Source of the DNA: Eledone cirrhosa
Lineage: Eukaryota
Direction: 5' to 3'
Assembly (NCBI GenBank): GCA_964016885.1
Contig: OZ024742.1
Span: forward strand, 127,348,001 to 127,412,000
DNA length: 64,000 nt
Position 1 is the stretch's first letter, and the number at the start of each line of letters is the position of its first letter. The position numbers and the translations under genes are program-made. Positions 27,199 through 42,599 of the stretch are shown piece by piece. Below the pieces are notes generated by a model. The model saw nothing but the letters and a program-made list of their open reading frames with translations. It did no database searches and was not told the DNA's origin.

Positions 27199-29459
27199 AT
27201 CATCATCATCATCATCATCAACGTTTAACGTCCGTGTTCCACGCTTGCATGGGTTTGGACGGGGGTAGTCCCACTTGAGGCAAGAGTGATTGGCTTGCTC
27301 GCATAGGACTGTCTGGCAGGTTTTCTACAGTTGGATGCCCTTCCTAACACCAACCACATTTACAGTGTGGGTCTGGGAGGTTTTTACCGTGTTGCCTACA
27401 CGGCCACATTACAGCGTGGACTGTGTGTTTTTTTGTCGTGACACCTACACGATCTCATTTGTTTCGGCCTGGATGGCGCGGCACCAACATAACTTTACAT
27501 AGAACGGGGTGGTGTGGATGGGGTGGGGGTGGTGGTGGTGGGACGGGGTGTATTTTGTTAGAAATGCCTACTGGCTGGAGTAGGTTTTACTACATATTTA
27601 GGTAAGGCGGGTCTTCTCTGTTACTGAGTACCGCCAAAGGTCTCGGTCCAGTGACATTGTCTTGGAGAGGTGTAAGTGTGTGATGTCGGAGTTTATCAGC
27701 TCGTCCCAGGTTTTTCTAGGTCTGCCTATTCCGTGACTACCGTCTATCTTTATTGCCCTGCACTTTGTTATACAGCTATCGACTTTCATGCGCATCACGT
27801 GTCCATACCAACGTAGCCTTCTCTCGAGTAAACAACATCTGATCCCTCTTATCTCTAATTTTTTCCTTAGTTCGTTTATGCTTTGCCGTTCACGTATATT
27901 ACTGTTACACATCCAGCGGAGCATGCAAGCTTCGTTCCTCTCTAGTCTGCGTATATCCTCTGCACACAATGCCCAGGTCTCACTGCCATGCAGCATTGCT
28001 GTTCGTATGCAGGCATCGTACAACCTGCCTTTCATTTTTAGGGAGAACCCTTTAGCAGCTAATAGTGGTATTAGCTCTCTGAACTTTTTCCAACCAGTTC
28101 TGACTCTAGCTACAGTACTTTCAGAGCACTCTCCCCCACTGCTGATTTTATCGCCCAGGTAACGGAAGCTGTCCACTATTTCTATAGAACCCTCTGCGCA
28201 ATTGAAAGAGCTAGTATTTTGTGGGCACTTGCTGCTACTTATTGCACCAGAACACCGGCCACATGTAAAATCTATGTTCTTAGTTAGCTTACCTGTGATC
28301 CCACTACATCTTTTATGCACCCATACTTTGCATTTAGGACATAAAATGGAGTTTCTACCTACGCCTTTCCTACACACCGAGCACGACCATTTCCCAGAAG
28401 GGACTGCCGCCTTGTTTTCTTTCCTACAAACTAGAACTTTGGTCTTAGCCAGGTTAATTTTAAGTCCTTTTGACTCTAGGCCGTGCTTCCATGTTTGGAA
28501 TTTCTTCTCTAGCTCGGCCATTGATTCCGCTATGAGTGTCAGGTCGTCTGCGTATAGGAGTTCCCATGGGCAGCCTGTCTTGAACTCGTCTGTTATAGCC
28601 TGAAGGGCAATATTAAATAGTAGGGGGCTGAGAACAGAGCCCTGATGGACGCCAACTTTTACGCTAAATTCTTCACTATATTCGTTGTTAATTCTAACCT
28701 TGCTGACTGTTTCTTTATACATGGCTTGTATAGCCCTCACAAGCCATTCGTCAACGCCTAGTTTTCTAAGAGCCCACCAGATAATGGAGCGGGGGACTCT
28801 GTCAAAGGCTTTCTCCAAGTCGACAAAAGCTAAGTAGAGGGGTTTACCTTTAGCTAGGTACTTCTCCTGTAGTTGTCGTACTATGAAAAGAGCGTCTGTG
28901 GTACTTTTGCCTGACACAAACCCGAACTGCATTTCATCTAGGTCAATTCTCTCTCTGATTAGTTGTGCTATTACTTTTTCCGTGACCTTCATGACCTGGT
29001 CGATTAATTTAATGCCTCTATAGTTACTCCTATCTAGGGCGTCTCCTTTACCCTTATAACAGTTAACGATGATGCTGCTATGCCAGTCCTTCGGAACAAC
29101 CCCATTCTGTACGACTTGGTTAACTATGCGGGTGACCATGGTGTGTCCCACCGTGCCAGATGCCTTCAGCATCTCAGCAACTATTTCCGAAGGCCCAGCC
29201 GCCTTACCCGTCTTCATATCCTTGATTGCCTTACTTATTATACTCCCCTCGACTAACACTGCTGGTCCCTCTATTGGGTCGATATGGGGGAGACTGTCTT
29301 TCTCCCATTTATTCTCCTCATTTAGTAGCCTTTCGTAGTGACACTTCCAAGCTACCTTCTTATCAGCGTCGGTGATGGCAAGTGTGCCATCGTCGTTTAG
29401 TACACACTTCTCCCCGACAATATCACGGTTTTCCTTGACGCATTGCCTAGCAATCCTGA
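27199..29459 (-). mobile_element. 5'-truncated RTE-clade LINE (RT plus PHD-like zinc finger), uninterrupted ORF remnant
   Basis: NYRGIKL, QFGF, DLEKAFD, HQGSVLSP, YADD; C4HC3-like finger [20 protein letters not shown]; 3' UTR and (ATG)n tail. Confidence 0.95.
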
Positions 29460-29476
29460 TATATATATACATATAC

Positions 29477-29523
<47 letters not shown>

Positions 29524-29652
29524 CATATACATATATATATATATACATATATATTTATATACATATACATATATATATATATACATATATATTTATATAC
29601 ATATACATATATATATACATATACATATATATACATATATATATACATATAC

Positions 29653-29703
<51 letters not shown>

Positions 29704-29770
29704 CATATATACATATATATATACATACATATACATATATATATATACATATACATATATATATGTATAT

Positions 29771-29836
<66 letters not shown>

Positions 29837-29945
29837 ATATGTATATAATCATCACCATCATGGTTTAACGTCCATTTTCCACGGACGTTAAACGATGATG
29901 ATATACATATACATGTATATATATATACATATAAATATATATATG

Positions 29946-30747
29946 CCTCCGGTGAAACTCTCATGGCATCTAACAACATCAGAGACTTGGGAGTAACCGT
30001 GGACAGCAACATAAGCTGGGCGACGCATATAAGCAGCAAAGTTGACATGGCCCGCAGAATGTGTTCCTGGATCCTCAGAACCTTCCAGTCGAGAGATTCC
30101 CATACCATTATCCTTCTCTTCTCTACTTTTGCTCGACCACACCTTGAATACTGTTGTCCACTGTGGTCTCCCCACACGAAACAAAGTATCATGAAACTTT
30201 AAGCTCCTCAAAGGGCAATCACGAAAAATATAGATGGCATGTCAGACCTTGACTACTGGGGTCGACTAGAAAAGCTGAAACTTTACTCACTCCAACGTCG
30301 CCGTGAGCGTTATATTATCTGCATGATGTGGAAAATGTTCCATCATCACTGCCCAAATGATGTTGGCATCGCCTTCAAGATACACCCAAGGCTTGGGCCC
30401 CGTGCTATCCGTCTCATACAAAAATCTAAATCGCAACTCATAACAACAATACGGCACAATTATTTCACCTCAATTGGCCCTGCTCTCTTCAACATCACAC
30501 CAGGACACGTCAAAACAGAAACTGACCACACAAAATTCAAGAAGTCTTTGGACAAATTCCTCCAAGTAATTCCGGACAAACCACCCACACCCGGATCTGT
30601 CTCCGCAAACAGTAATTCTCTTCTCGAATGGGCCATGGTGCCCAAATCCTGAATTGAAAGACTTCGCCAGGTGGTGCTATTAAGTTAGACATGGCCTGGG
30701 CCAATACTGGCCAAAACATTTCAAAGTTATTCAAAATTATTCAAAGT

Positions 30748-30750
<3 letters not shown>
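29946..30750 (+). mobile_element. 5'-truncated CR1/L2-group LINE
   Basis: [24 protein letters not shown]; tail (TTCAAAGTTA)n; premature stop at ~30200. Confidence 0.88.
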
Positions 30751-30803
<53 letters not shown>

Positions 30804-30818
30804 CATCTATATATATAC

Positions 30819-30895
<77 letters not shown>

Positions 30896-30935
30896 CATAT
30901 ATATATATACATATATATATACATATATATATACT

Positions 30936-30967
<32 letters not shown>

Positions 30968-31052
30968 CATATATATATACATATATATATACTGATATAT
31001 ATATATATATACACATATATATATATATACATATATATATACTTATATATAT

Positions 31053-33326
31053 ATCATCATCACCGTTTTACGTCCGTTCTTCCACGCTAGCATGGGTTAG
31101 ACGGGTTGTCCTGTTGTGGGCAGTGTCTGGTCGGCTGACCATGCCTTGCTCATACAGGAACTGATCTGGCTTGATTTCTACAGCTGGATGCCCTTCCTAA
31201 CACCAACCTCATTTACAGTGAGTGCTGGGTGCTTTTTCGTGGCGCCTACACGTCCACTTTACAGTGTGGGCTGGGTGCTTTTTTGCCGTGGCACCTCCAC
31301 GACCACCTTGCGGTGGGGGGGTGGGGGGGCATATTGTTTATATGCTTCAGCATGTACCCATGGGAGGTCGGGTACCCTGTATTACTGCATGACGCCAGAA
31401 GTCACGGTCGTGTGTCATTGACTTTGAGAGGTGTAGTTGGGTAAGGTCGGCTTTTATCACCTCATCCCAAGTCATCTTGGGTCTCCCCACTCCGCGGTTT
31501 CCATCAACTTCTAGTGCTCTGCACCTTTTTATGCAGCTGTCATCCTTCATACGCATCACATGTCCATACCAGCGTAACCGCCTCTCCTGCACGCAGCATT
31601 TGATTCCTCTTATGCTCAGTCTCTCTCTCAATTCATTTATGCTTTGTCGTTCACGTATATTACTGTTACACATCCATCGGAGCATGCAGGCTTCGTTTCT
31701 CTCTAATCTACGTAAGTCTTCCACCTTCAGCGCCCAGGTCTCACTACCATGCAACATCGCTGTTCGGATACACGCATCATACAGTCTGCCTTTCATTCTG
31801 AGGGAGAAGCCTTTTGCAGCTAGCAGTGGTAGTAGTTCCCTAAACTTCTTCCATCCCGTTCTTACCCTAGTTATTGTACTTTCTGAGCACCCACCTCCGT
31901 TGCTAATTCGGTCACCTAGGTAGCAGAAGCTGTCTACTGTTTCTACAGGGCCCTCCCAGAGATTGGTGGTACTTGTTTCCTGTGGCTGTTTGCTTGCTGT
32001 TTCAGCACAGCTGCTGCATGTGAATCCTACATTCTTAATTAAGCTTCCTGAGATCCCGCTACATCTCTTGTGTACCCATTGTTTGCATTTGGGGCAAAGA
32101 ATGGAGTTCCTACCTACACCTTTCCTACATACTGAGCAAGGCCATTTCCCTGAGGGGATCTGGGTTCTGTTTTCTCGTCTACTTATAAGGACCTTAGTCT
32201 TTGTCATGTTGACTTTGAGGCCCTTTCTCTCTAGTCCCTGCTTCCAGGTTTGGAATTTATTCTCTAGTTCTACCATAGATTCAGCTATGAGTGCGAGGTC
32301 ATCAGCATACAGGAGTTCCCATGGGCATCCGGTCTTAAACTCCTCCGTTATTGCCTGCAGGACTATGATGAACAGGAGAGGGCTAAGAACAGAGCCCTGG
32401 TGGACCCCAACCTGTACGCTAAATTCCTCGCTATACTCATTGCCAATCCTAACTTTGCTGACTGCTCCCCTATACATGGCTTGTACCGCTTTCACAAGCC
32501 ATTCATCTACTCCTAGTTTTCTAAGAGCCCACCAGATTACTGCACGTGGAACTCTGTCAAAGGCTTTCTCAAGGTCGACAAATGCCAAGTAGAGTGGCTT
32601 ACTTTTAGCTAGGTACTTTTCCTGTAATTGCCTCACAAGGAAGAGCGCATCAGTGGTGCCTTTCCCTGGTACAAACCCAAATTGCATCTCGTCTATATTC
32701 ACCCGGTCCCTAATCAGCTGTGCTATAACTCTTTCTGTTACTTTCATGACCTGGTCCATCAACTTTATACCTCTATAGTTTCCTCTATCTAGTGCATCGC
32801 CTTTACCTTTGTAGCAGTTGACAATGATGCTACTGCACCAATCTTTTGGTATGGCCCCCTCTAGTATTACCTGGTTAACGATACGTGTGGTTATAGTGTG
32901 ACCTACAGACCCAGATGCCTTCAGCATCTCGGCAGCTATACCCGATGGACCGGTTGCCTTCCCTATCTTCATATCTCTGATTGGCTTACTTACTACGCTG
33001 CCGCTGACTTGTACTGCTGGTCCCTCTATAGGGTCTACGTGGGGTAGGGTCTCTTCTTCCCATGCATTCTCCTCATTTAGTAATCTATCATAATGACTCT
33101 TCCATGCATCTTTCTTCTCAGCACTTGTGAGGGCAAGCTCACCTTTATCATTCCGGATACACTTCTCTCCAATGACATCACAACTATCTCTGACACACTG
33201 CCTCGCAATCTTGAATACCTCCTGTTTCTGGTCCTCACGTTGTAAAACATGCTTGAATTTTCTATCCTCTGCTTCCCTCCTAGCTAAGTATACTTGTCGC
33301 CTAGCTTCCCTCTTGGTCTCTATGTA
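31053..33326 (-). mobile_element. 5'-truncated RTE-clade LINE, second subfamily
   Basis: Uninterrupted RT (YADD) plus PHD-like finger; 3' UTR and (ATG)n tail. Confidence 0.95.
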
Positions 33327-33395
33327 ATGTACCCTATATATATACTTATATATATGTAATGTACATATATATATACTTATATATATACTTATATA

Positions 33396-33427
<32 letters not shown>

Positions 33428-33667
33428 CATATACAAAAAATTGCTTATTGTGATCCAGTTTTTGGTTGAGAAAGCCAGTTTCATGTGTCAACATACCTGG
33501 ATTAAATCCTTCTCTTAATGCTTACCTGTGTTTTCTCTTTTATATACATATATATACATATACATATATATACATATACATATATACATATATATACATA
33601 TACACACACATATATATATATATACATATATATACATATACATATATATATATATATGATGATATAT

Positions 33668-34541
33668 ATGATGGTAGTGGACTATTGTATGCGCCTTGCA
33701 CTGGAGAAACACCAGGACTCTGGCTTTACTGTAGCACCGACTCAGAGCAGGAGAGTTAGGGCAAAAAAGGTATCGGATGCTGAATTTGCCGACGACATAG
33801 TTTTGGTGACAAATACAGTGAAGGAGGCGGAGGATTTGATGCGGGAGGTTGAGACTGTGTCGGTGAGTGTGGGGCTGAGAATGAATGAGACTAAAACAAA
33901 ATATCTGGTAGAGAATGTTGAGAAGCCAGAGGGGATCACTAATGTAGGCGGGAAGCCGCTAGAATTGGTTGAGGACTTCCTGTATTTGGGAGCAAAGATT
34001 GGGAATACGGAAGATGATGTGGTTGAGAGGAAGCGCAAAGCCTGGGTGGCGTGCCACAGCTTGAGATCGGTGTGGAAGTCGGACCTTCGTAAAGACCTGA
34101 AAATCCGCCTCTTCATTGATGTAGTGGAGTCTGTGCTGCTGTACGGGTCTGAGACTTGGACACTGACCAAGAAACTCACTCAGATGGTGATGGGTGCTAC
34201 ATGAGAATGCTGAGGATCGCTCTGAACATTAATCAGTATACACTGAGGATGAAAAACTCAGAGCTGTATGGGAGCATCCCAAAAGTCAGCTCAAAAGTGA
34301 CACAGAGGAGACTGAGGTTAGCTGGACATGCTCACCGACATCCAGAGATGACATTGCACTCAGTACTCCTTTGGGAGCCCCTACATGGACACACTAGAAG
34401 AGGAAGACTAAGGTTAACGTATGTTGATGCCCTAAGGACAGACACTGGTCTGTTGGAGACGCAGGACATGGCAGCGATAATGAGGGACAGGGAACGCTGG
34501 AGAGAACTCGTCCATGGATCTCAGGAATTTTACCCGCCTTA
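33668..34541 (+). mobile_element. 5'-truncated RTE-like LINE, unrelated family
   Basis: FADDIVL, GLRMNETKTK, FLYLG, LLYGSETW, RRLRLAGH; one frameshift near 34190. Confidence 0.85.
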
Positions 34542-34591
34542 GATATATATATATATATATATACGTATATATACATATATATATATATATA

Positions 34592-36889
34592 TAGCAAGAA
34601 GGGAAGCTGAGGAAAGAAAGTTCAAGCATGTTCTACAACGCGATGACCAAAAACGTGAGGTGTTCAGGATTGCCAGGCAATGCGTCAAGGAAAACCGTGA
34701 TATTGTCGGGGAGAAGTGTGTACTTAACGATGATGGCATACTTGCCATCACCGACACTGATAAGAAGGTAGCTTGGAAGTGTCACTATGAAAGGCTACTA
34801 AATGAGGAGAATAAATGGGAGAAAGACAGTCTCCCCCATATCGACCCGATAGAGGGACCAGCAGTATTAGTCGAGGGGAGAATAATAAGTAAGGCAATCA
34901 AGGATATGAAGACTGGTAAGGCGGCTGGGCCTTCGGAAATAGTTGCTGAGATGCTGAAGGCATCTGGCACGGTGGGACACACCATGGTCACACGCATAGT
35001 TAACCAAGTCGTACAGAATGGGGTTGTTCCGAAGGACTGGCATAGCAGCATCATCGTTAACTGTTATAAGGGTAAAGGAGACGCCCTAGATAGGAGTAAC
35101 TATAGAGGCATTAAATTAATCGACCAGGTCATGAAGGTCACGGAAAAAGTAATAGCGCAACTAATCAGAGAGAGAATTGATCTAGATGAAATGCAGTTCG
35201 GGTTTGTGTCAGGCAAAAGCACCACAGACGCTCTTTTCATAGTACGACAACTACAGGAGAAGTACCTAGCTAAAGGTAAACCCCTCTACTTAGCTTTTGT
35301 CGACCTGGAGAAAGCCTTCGACAGAGTCCCCTGCTCCATTATCTGGTGGGCTCTTAGAAAACTAGGCGTTGACGAATGGCTTGTGAGGGCTATACAAGCC
35401 ATGTATAAAGAAACAGTCAGCAAGGTTAGAATTAACAACGAATATAGTGAAGAGTTTAGCGTAAAAGTTGGCGTCCATCAGGGCTCTGTTCTCAGCCCCC
35501 TACTATTTATTATTGCCCTTCAGGCTATAACAGAGGAGTTCAAGACAGGCTGCCCATGGGAACTCCTATACGCAGACGACCTGACACTCATAGCGGAATC
35601 AATGGCCGAGCTAGAGAAGAAATTCCAAACATGGAAGCACGGCCTAGAGTCAAAAGGACTTAAAATTAACCTGGCTAAGACCAAAGTTCTAGTTTGTAGG
35701 AAAGAAAACAAGGCGGCGGTCCCTTCTGGGAAATGGTCGTGCTCGGTATGTAGGAAAGGCGTAGGTAGAAACTCCATCTTATGTCCTAAATGCAAAGTAT
35801 GGGTGCATAAAAGATGTAGTGGGATCACAGGTAAGCTAACTAAGAACATAGACTTTACATGTGGCCGGTGTTCTGGTGCAATAAGTAGCAGCAAGTGCCC
35901 ACAAAATACTAGCTCTTTCAATTGCGCAGAGGGTTCTATAGAAATAGTGGACAGCTTCCGTTACCTGGGCGATAAAATCAGCAGTGGGGGAGGGTGCTCT
36001 GAAAGTACTGTAGCTAGAGTCAGAACTGGTTGGAAAAAGTTCAGAGAGCTTATACCACTATTAGCTGCTAAAGGGTTCTCCCTAAAAATGAAAGGCAGGT
36101 TGTACGATGCCTGCATACGAACAGCAATGTTGCATGGTAGTGAGACCTGGGCATTGTGTGCAGAGGATATACGCAGACTAGAGAGGAACGAAGCTTGCAT
36201 GCTCCGCTGGATGTGTAACAGTAATATACGTGAACGGCAAAGCATAAACGAACTAAGGAAAAAATTAGAGATAAGAGGGATCAGATGTTGTTTACTCGAG
36301 AGAAGGCTGCGTTGGTATGGACACGTGATGCGCATGAAAGTCGATAGCTGTATTACAAAGTGCAGGGCAATAAAGATAGACGGTAGCCACGGAATAGGCA
36401 GACCTAGAAAAACATGGGATGAGCTGATAAACTCCGACCTCACACACTTACACCTCTCCAAGACAATGTCACTGGACCGTGACCTTTGGCGGTACTCAGT
36501 AACAGAGAAGACCCGCCTTGCCAGTAGGCATCTCTAACAAACTACACCCCGTCCCGCCACCACCCCCACCCCATCCACACCACCCCGTTCTATGTAAAGT
36601 TATGTTGGTGCCGCGCCATCCAGGCCGAAACAAATGAGATCGTGTAGGTGTCACGACAAAAAAACACACAGTCCACGCTGTAATGTGGCCGTGTAGGCAA
36701 CACGGTAAAAACCTCCCAGACCCACACTGTAAATGTGGTTGGTGTTAGGAAGGGCATCCAACTGTAGAAAACCTGCCAGACAGTCCTATGCGAGCAAGAC
36801 AATCACTCTAGCCTCAAGTAGGACTACCCCCGTCCAAACCCATGCAAGCGTGGAACACGGACGTTAAACGTTGATGATGATGATGATGA

Positions 36890-36893
<4 letters not shown>
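34592..36893 (+). mobile_element. 5'-truncated RTE-clade LINE, near-identical inverted partner of 27199-29459
   Basis: 625-aa ORF with RT and PHD-like finger; (GAT)n tail. Confidence 0.95.
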
Positions 36894-36980
<87 letters not shown>

Positions 36981-36981
36981 C

Positions 36982-37030
<49 letters not shown>

Positions 37031-37112
37031 TATACATACCAAGGCACCATAGTAAAAACCAATATATGGAACATTATATTATGTAACATTACTTTAGTTT
37101 ATATTCCTTTGA

Positions 37113-37234
37113 GTTCCGATGAGCCACTCTGTTTTTTTAAATATGTAAATTATTTTCAACTGAACCAGATCAAATTATGATACATAGTCATCTGATCCAG
37201 AAATATTTTATGGAGTAGCGAAACAATTGTAAAC
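37113..37234 (+). ncRNA. Degenerate hammerhead with expanded stem II
   Basis: gtt-CCGATGA-gccactc...(~80 nt)...ggagtagc-GAAA-caattg-TA-aac; palindromic ACAATTGT stem III. Confidence 0.5.
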
Positions 37235-37344
37235 GGACATTATTATTATTAATATTATTATTATTATTATTCTCTACATTACTTACATCAAAATAAATAT
37301 GTTGACAATCTTTTAATAATGTCTTCCTTGTGAAATTTGTGATC

Positions 37345-37830
<486 letters not shown>

Positions 37831-37964
37831 AGATTCCTAATGATTTCTAAAGAATGAAACAGTTCTAGTCCTGTGGAATCTCATTTATATTAAAACTTTT
37901 ATACTCTGTAATGTATTGAGTACCTTACTTACTGTGGTTACCTCTGCTTCAACCCAGAATAACG

Positions 37965-37996
<32 letters not shown>

Positions 37997-38163
37997 AATA
38001 TATATATGAATATATATATGAATATATATATATGAATATATATATAAGTTGAAAAAAAAAAATGAAAACGAAATTTCATTTCTCACTCTTAGTATGGCAC
38101 TTACTTAAATGTAAGTATGTATGTATACGTACATACATATATGTATACAGACGTACAGTAGCA

Positions 38164-38218
<55 letters not shown>

Positions 38219-38376
38219 GCATACAGGTACACATACATATATGCACGCATCAGTTTAGCCGACGTTTATTATAACGCAGCTTTGTTCGCTTGTTTGTCAA
38301 CAAACCGAACAGCATGAATTTATGCCATACGGTGTTAAGGCAACCACGTCACCTTTTTGTTCAACACTGACACAGG

Positions 38377-38421
38377 AACGATGTACTAGTTTCAAGCTTG
38401 TTAGCTGTCATCAGCACCGTT
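38377..38421 (-). ncRNA. Type I hammerhead ribozyme (family A)
   Basis: - strand: aacggtg-CTGATGA-cagct aaca agctt-GAAA-ctag-TA-catcgtt. Confidence 0.8.
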
Positions 38422-38482
38422 TACCCATATAATAAACGTCGGCTAAACTGATGCGTGCATATATGTATGTGTACCTGTATGC

Positions 38483-38537
<55 letters not shown>

Positions 38538-38773
38538 TGCTACTGTACGTCTGTATACATATATGTATGTACGTATACATACATACTTACATTTAAGTAA
38601 GTGCCATACTAAGAGTGAGAAATGAAATTTCGTTTTCATTTTTTTTTCAACTTGTCGTTTTCGGTATGCCTGACCGATTTAACTCACTCAATATGCAAAT
38701 TAGGCTGCTCAGCCGTTAATTTTCATAAGGAAAGTATATACTTTCGAACGTTCAACTATCTGGCAGATGGGTA

Positions 38774-38818
38774 AACGGTGCTGATGATAGCTAACAAGCT
38801 TGAAACTAGTACATCGTT
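38774..38818 (+). ncRNA. Type I hammerhead ribozyme (family A)
   Basis: aacggtg-CTGATGA-tagct aaca agctt-GAAA-ctag-TA-catcgtt; 7-bp stem I, palindromic ACTAGT stem III. Confidence 0.85.
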
Positions 38819-38976
38819 CCTGTGTCAGTGTTGAACAAAAAGGTGACGTGGTTGCCTTAACACCGTATGGCATAAATTCAGGCTGTTCGGTTTGTTGACA
38901 AACAAGCGAACAAAGCTGCGTTATAATAAACGTCGGCTAAACTGATGCGTGCATATATGTATGTGTACCTGTATGC

Positions 38977-39033
<57 letters not shown>

Positions 39034-39112
39034 TGCTACTGTACGTCTGTATACATATATGTATGTACGTATACATACATACTTACATTTAAATATATAT
39101 ATATATATATTC

Positions 39113-39145
<33 letters not shown>

Positions 39146-39202
39146 TTCATATATATATATATGAATATATATATATATTCATATATATATATTCATATAT
39201 AT

Positions 39203-39933
39203 ATCATCATCATCATCATCATCATCATCAGGTTTAGCGTCCGTGTTCCACGCTTGCATGGGTTTGGACGGGGGTTTTCCCACTTGAGGCAAGAGTGGTT
39301 GTCTTGCTCGCATAGGACTGTCTGGCGGGTTTTCTACAGTTGGATGCCCTTCCTAACACCAACCACATTTACAGTGTGGGGCTGGGAGGTTTTTACCGTG
39401 TTGCCTACACGGCCACATTACAGCGTGGACTGTCTGGCGGGTTTTCTACAGCTGGATGCCCTTCCTAACACCAACCACATTTACAGTGTGGGGCTGGGAG
39501 GTTTTTACCGTGTTGCCTACACGGCCACATTTACAGCGTGGACTGTGTGTTTTTTGTCGTGACACCTACACGATCTCATTTGTTTCGGCCTGGATGTTGT
39601 GGGACCAACATAACTTTACATTGAAAGGGGCGGTGTGGGTGGGGTGGAGGGTGGTGGGACGGGGGTGTGTTTTGATAGAGATGCCTACTGACTGTAGTAG
39701 GTTTTTACTTTGTATTTAGGTAAGGCGGGTCTTCTCTATTACTGAGTACCGCCAAAGGTCTCGGTCCAGTGACATTGTCTTGGAGAGGTGTAAGCGTGTG
39801 AGGTCGGAATTTATCAGCTCGTCCCATGTTTTTCTGGGTCTGCCTACTCCGTGGCTACCGTCTATCTTTATTGCCCTGCACTTTGTTATACAGCTGTCGT
39901 CTTTCATGCGCATCACGTGACCGTACCAACGTA
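39203..39933 (-). mobile_element. Short 5'-truncated RTE LINE with internally duplicated 3' UTR
   Basis: [15 protein letters not shown]; ~115-bp UTR duplication shared with the 50912 copy. Confidence 0.9.
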
Positions 39934-41061
<1,128 letters not shown>

Positions 41062-42150
41062 TCCAGCCCAGCCAAAGTCAGTAGTGGGGTCCCACAAGGC
41101 ACTGTGTTGGGCCCACTTCTCTTCATCATCTATATTAATGACATCACTGACATCATCAAACACAGCAACATTAGAATTTTCGCTGATGATTCCAAGCTCC
41201 AAAAGGTCATCAATGGCGTGGATGACCGGATAAGCCTTCAGTCAGACCTACTGGCTGTTACCCAATGGGCGGAAAAGAACAACATTTTACTGAATGAAGA
41301 CAAATTCGAACTGATCCACTTTGGAAAAGAGGATGCTCTGAAACTCCCGTACTCCCTTCCCTCCGGTGAAACTCTCGTGGCATCTAACAACATCAGAGAC
41401 TTAGGAGTAACCGTGGACAGCAACATAAGCTGGGCCACGCATATAAGCAGCAAAGTTGACATGGATAGCAGAATGTGTTCCTGGATCCTCAGAACCTTCC
41501 AGTCGAGAGATTCCCACACCATTATCCTTCTCTTCACTTTTGCCCGACCACACCTTGAATACTGTTGTCCACTGTGGTTTCCCCACACGAAACAAAGTAT
41601 CATGAAACTTGAAGCTCCCCAAAGGGCAATCACGAAAAATATAGATGGCATGTCAGACCTTGACTACTGGGGTCGACTAGAAAAGCTGAAACTTTACTCA
41701 CTCCAACGTCGCCGTGAGCGTTATATTATCTGCATGATGTGGAAAATGTTCCATCATCACTGCCCAAATGATGTTGGCATCACCTTCAAAATACACCCAA
41801 GGCTTGGGCCCCGTGCTATCCGTCCCAAACAAAAATCTAAATCGCAACACATAACAACAATACGGCACAATTATTTCACCTCAATTGGCCCTGCTCTCTT
41901 CAACATCACACCAGGACACGTCAAAACAGAAACTGACCACACAAAATTCAAGAAGTCTTTGGACAAATTCCTCCAAGTAATCCCGGACAAACCACCTACA
42001 CCCGGATATGTCTCCGCAAACAGTAATTCTCTTCTCGAATGGGCCATGGTGCCCAAATCCTGAGTTGAAAGACTTTGCCAGGTGGTGCTATTAAGTTAGA
42101 CATGACCTGGGCCAATACTGGCCAAAACATTTCAAAGTTATTCAAAGTTA
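41062..42150 (+). mobile_element. 5'-truncated CR1/L2-group LINE
   Basis: [23 protein letters not shown]; same family as 29946-30750; (TTCAAAGTTA)n tail. Confidence 0.92.
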
Positions 42151-42396
42151 TATATATACATATATATATACATATATATATATATACATATATACATATA
42201 TATACATATATACATATATATACATATATACATATATATACATATATATATATATACATATATAATGTAGGAGGTGAGTTTTATTGTAGTACAATAAAGC
42301 AATGCAGATATATCGGATAAGAAGCACTCTACAGTTTGTAGGACTGGATTATATATAATATATAAGAACAAAAGATGGTTAAAAGAGTTCCATGTA

Positions 42397-42463
42397 TTTT
42401 ATTATGCGCATTTCAAAAACAAATAACATCATGCAATAAAATTTGTGTTTTCATCAGATAAAA
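42397..42463 (-). ncRNA. Type I hammerhead ribozyme (family B)
   Basis: - strand: ttttat-CTGATGA-long stem II-GAAA-tgcgca-TA-ataaaa; palindromic ATGCGCAT. Confidence 0.75.
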
Positions 42464-42532
42464 TAGGAAGACATGATATGAAGATTAAAAAACACTTGTG
42501 GATAGTGCAGTTTTAAATCAACAATATTTGTG

Positions 42533-42599
42533 TTTTATCTGATGAAAACACAAATATTATTGCATGATGATATTTGTTTTTGAAATGTGCATAATAAAA
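42533..42599 (+). ncRNA. Type I hammerhead ribozyme (family B)
   Basis: ttttat-CTGATGA-aaacacaaatattatt gcat gatgatatttgttttt-GAAA-tgtgca-TA-ataaaa. Confidence 0.75.

Larger units (their letters stand above)
38046..39092. mobile_element. Hammerhead-bearing ~494-bp retrozyme/PLE-pseudo-LTR repeat: inverted partial copy plus ~1.3 tandem units
   Basis: 38046-38428 is the reverse complement of unit sequence; ataataaacgtcggctaaactg recurs at 38429 and 38923; no ORF. Confidence 0.85.

Noticed and set aside
27788-36461. Repeated ORFs antisense to the LINE RT
   Set aside because: Shadow frames of the LINE coding sequence
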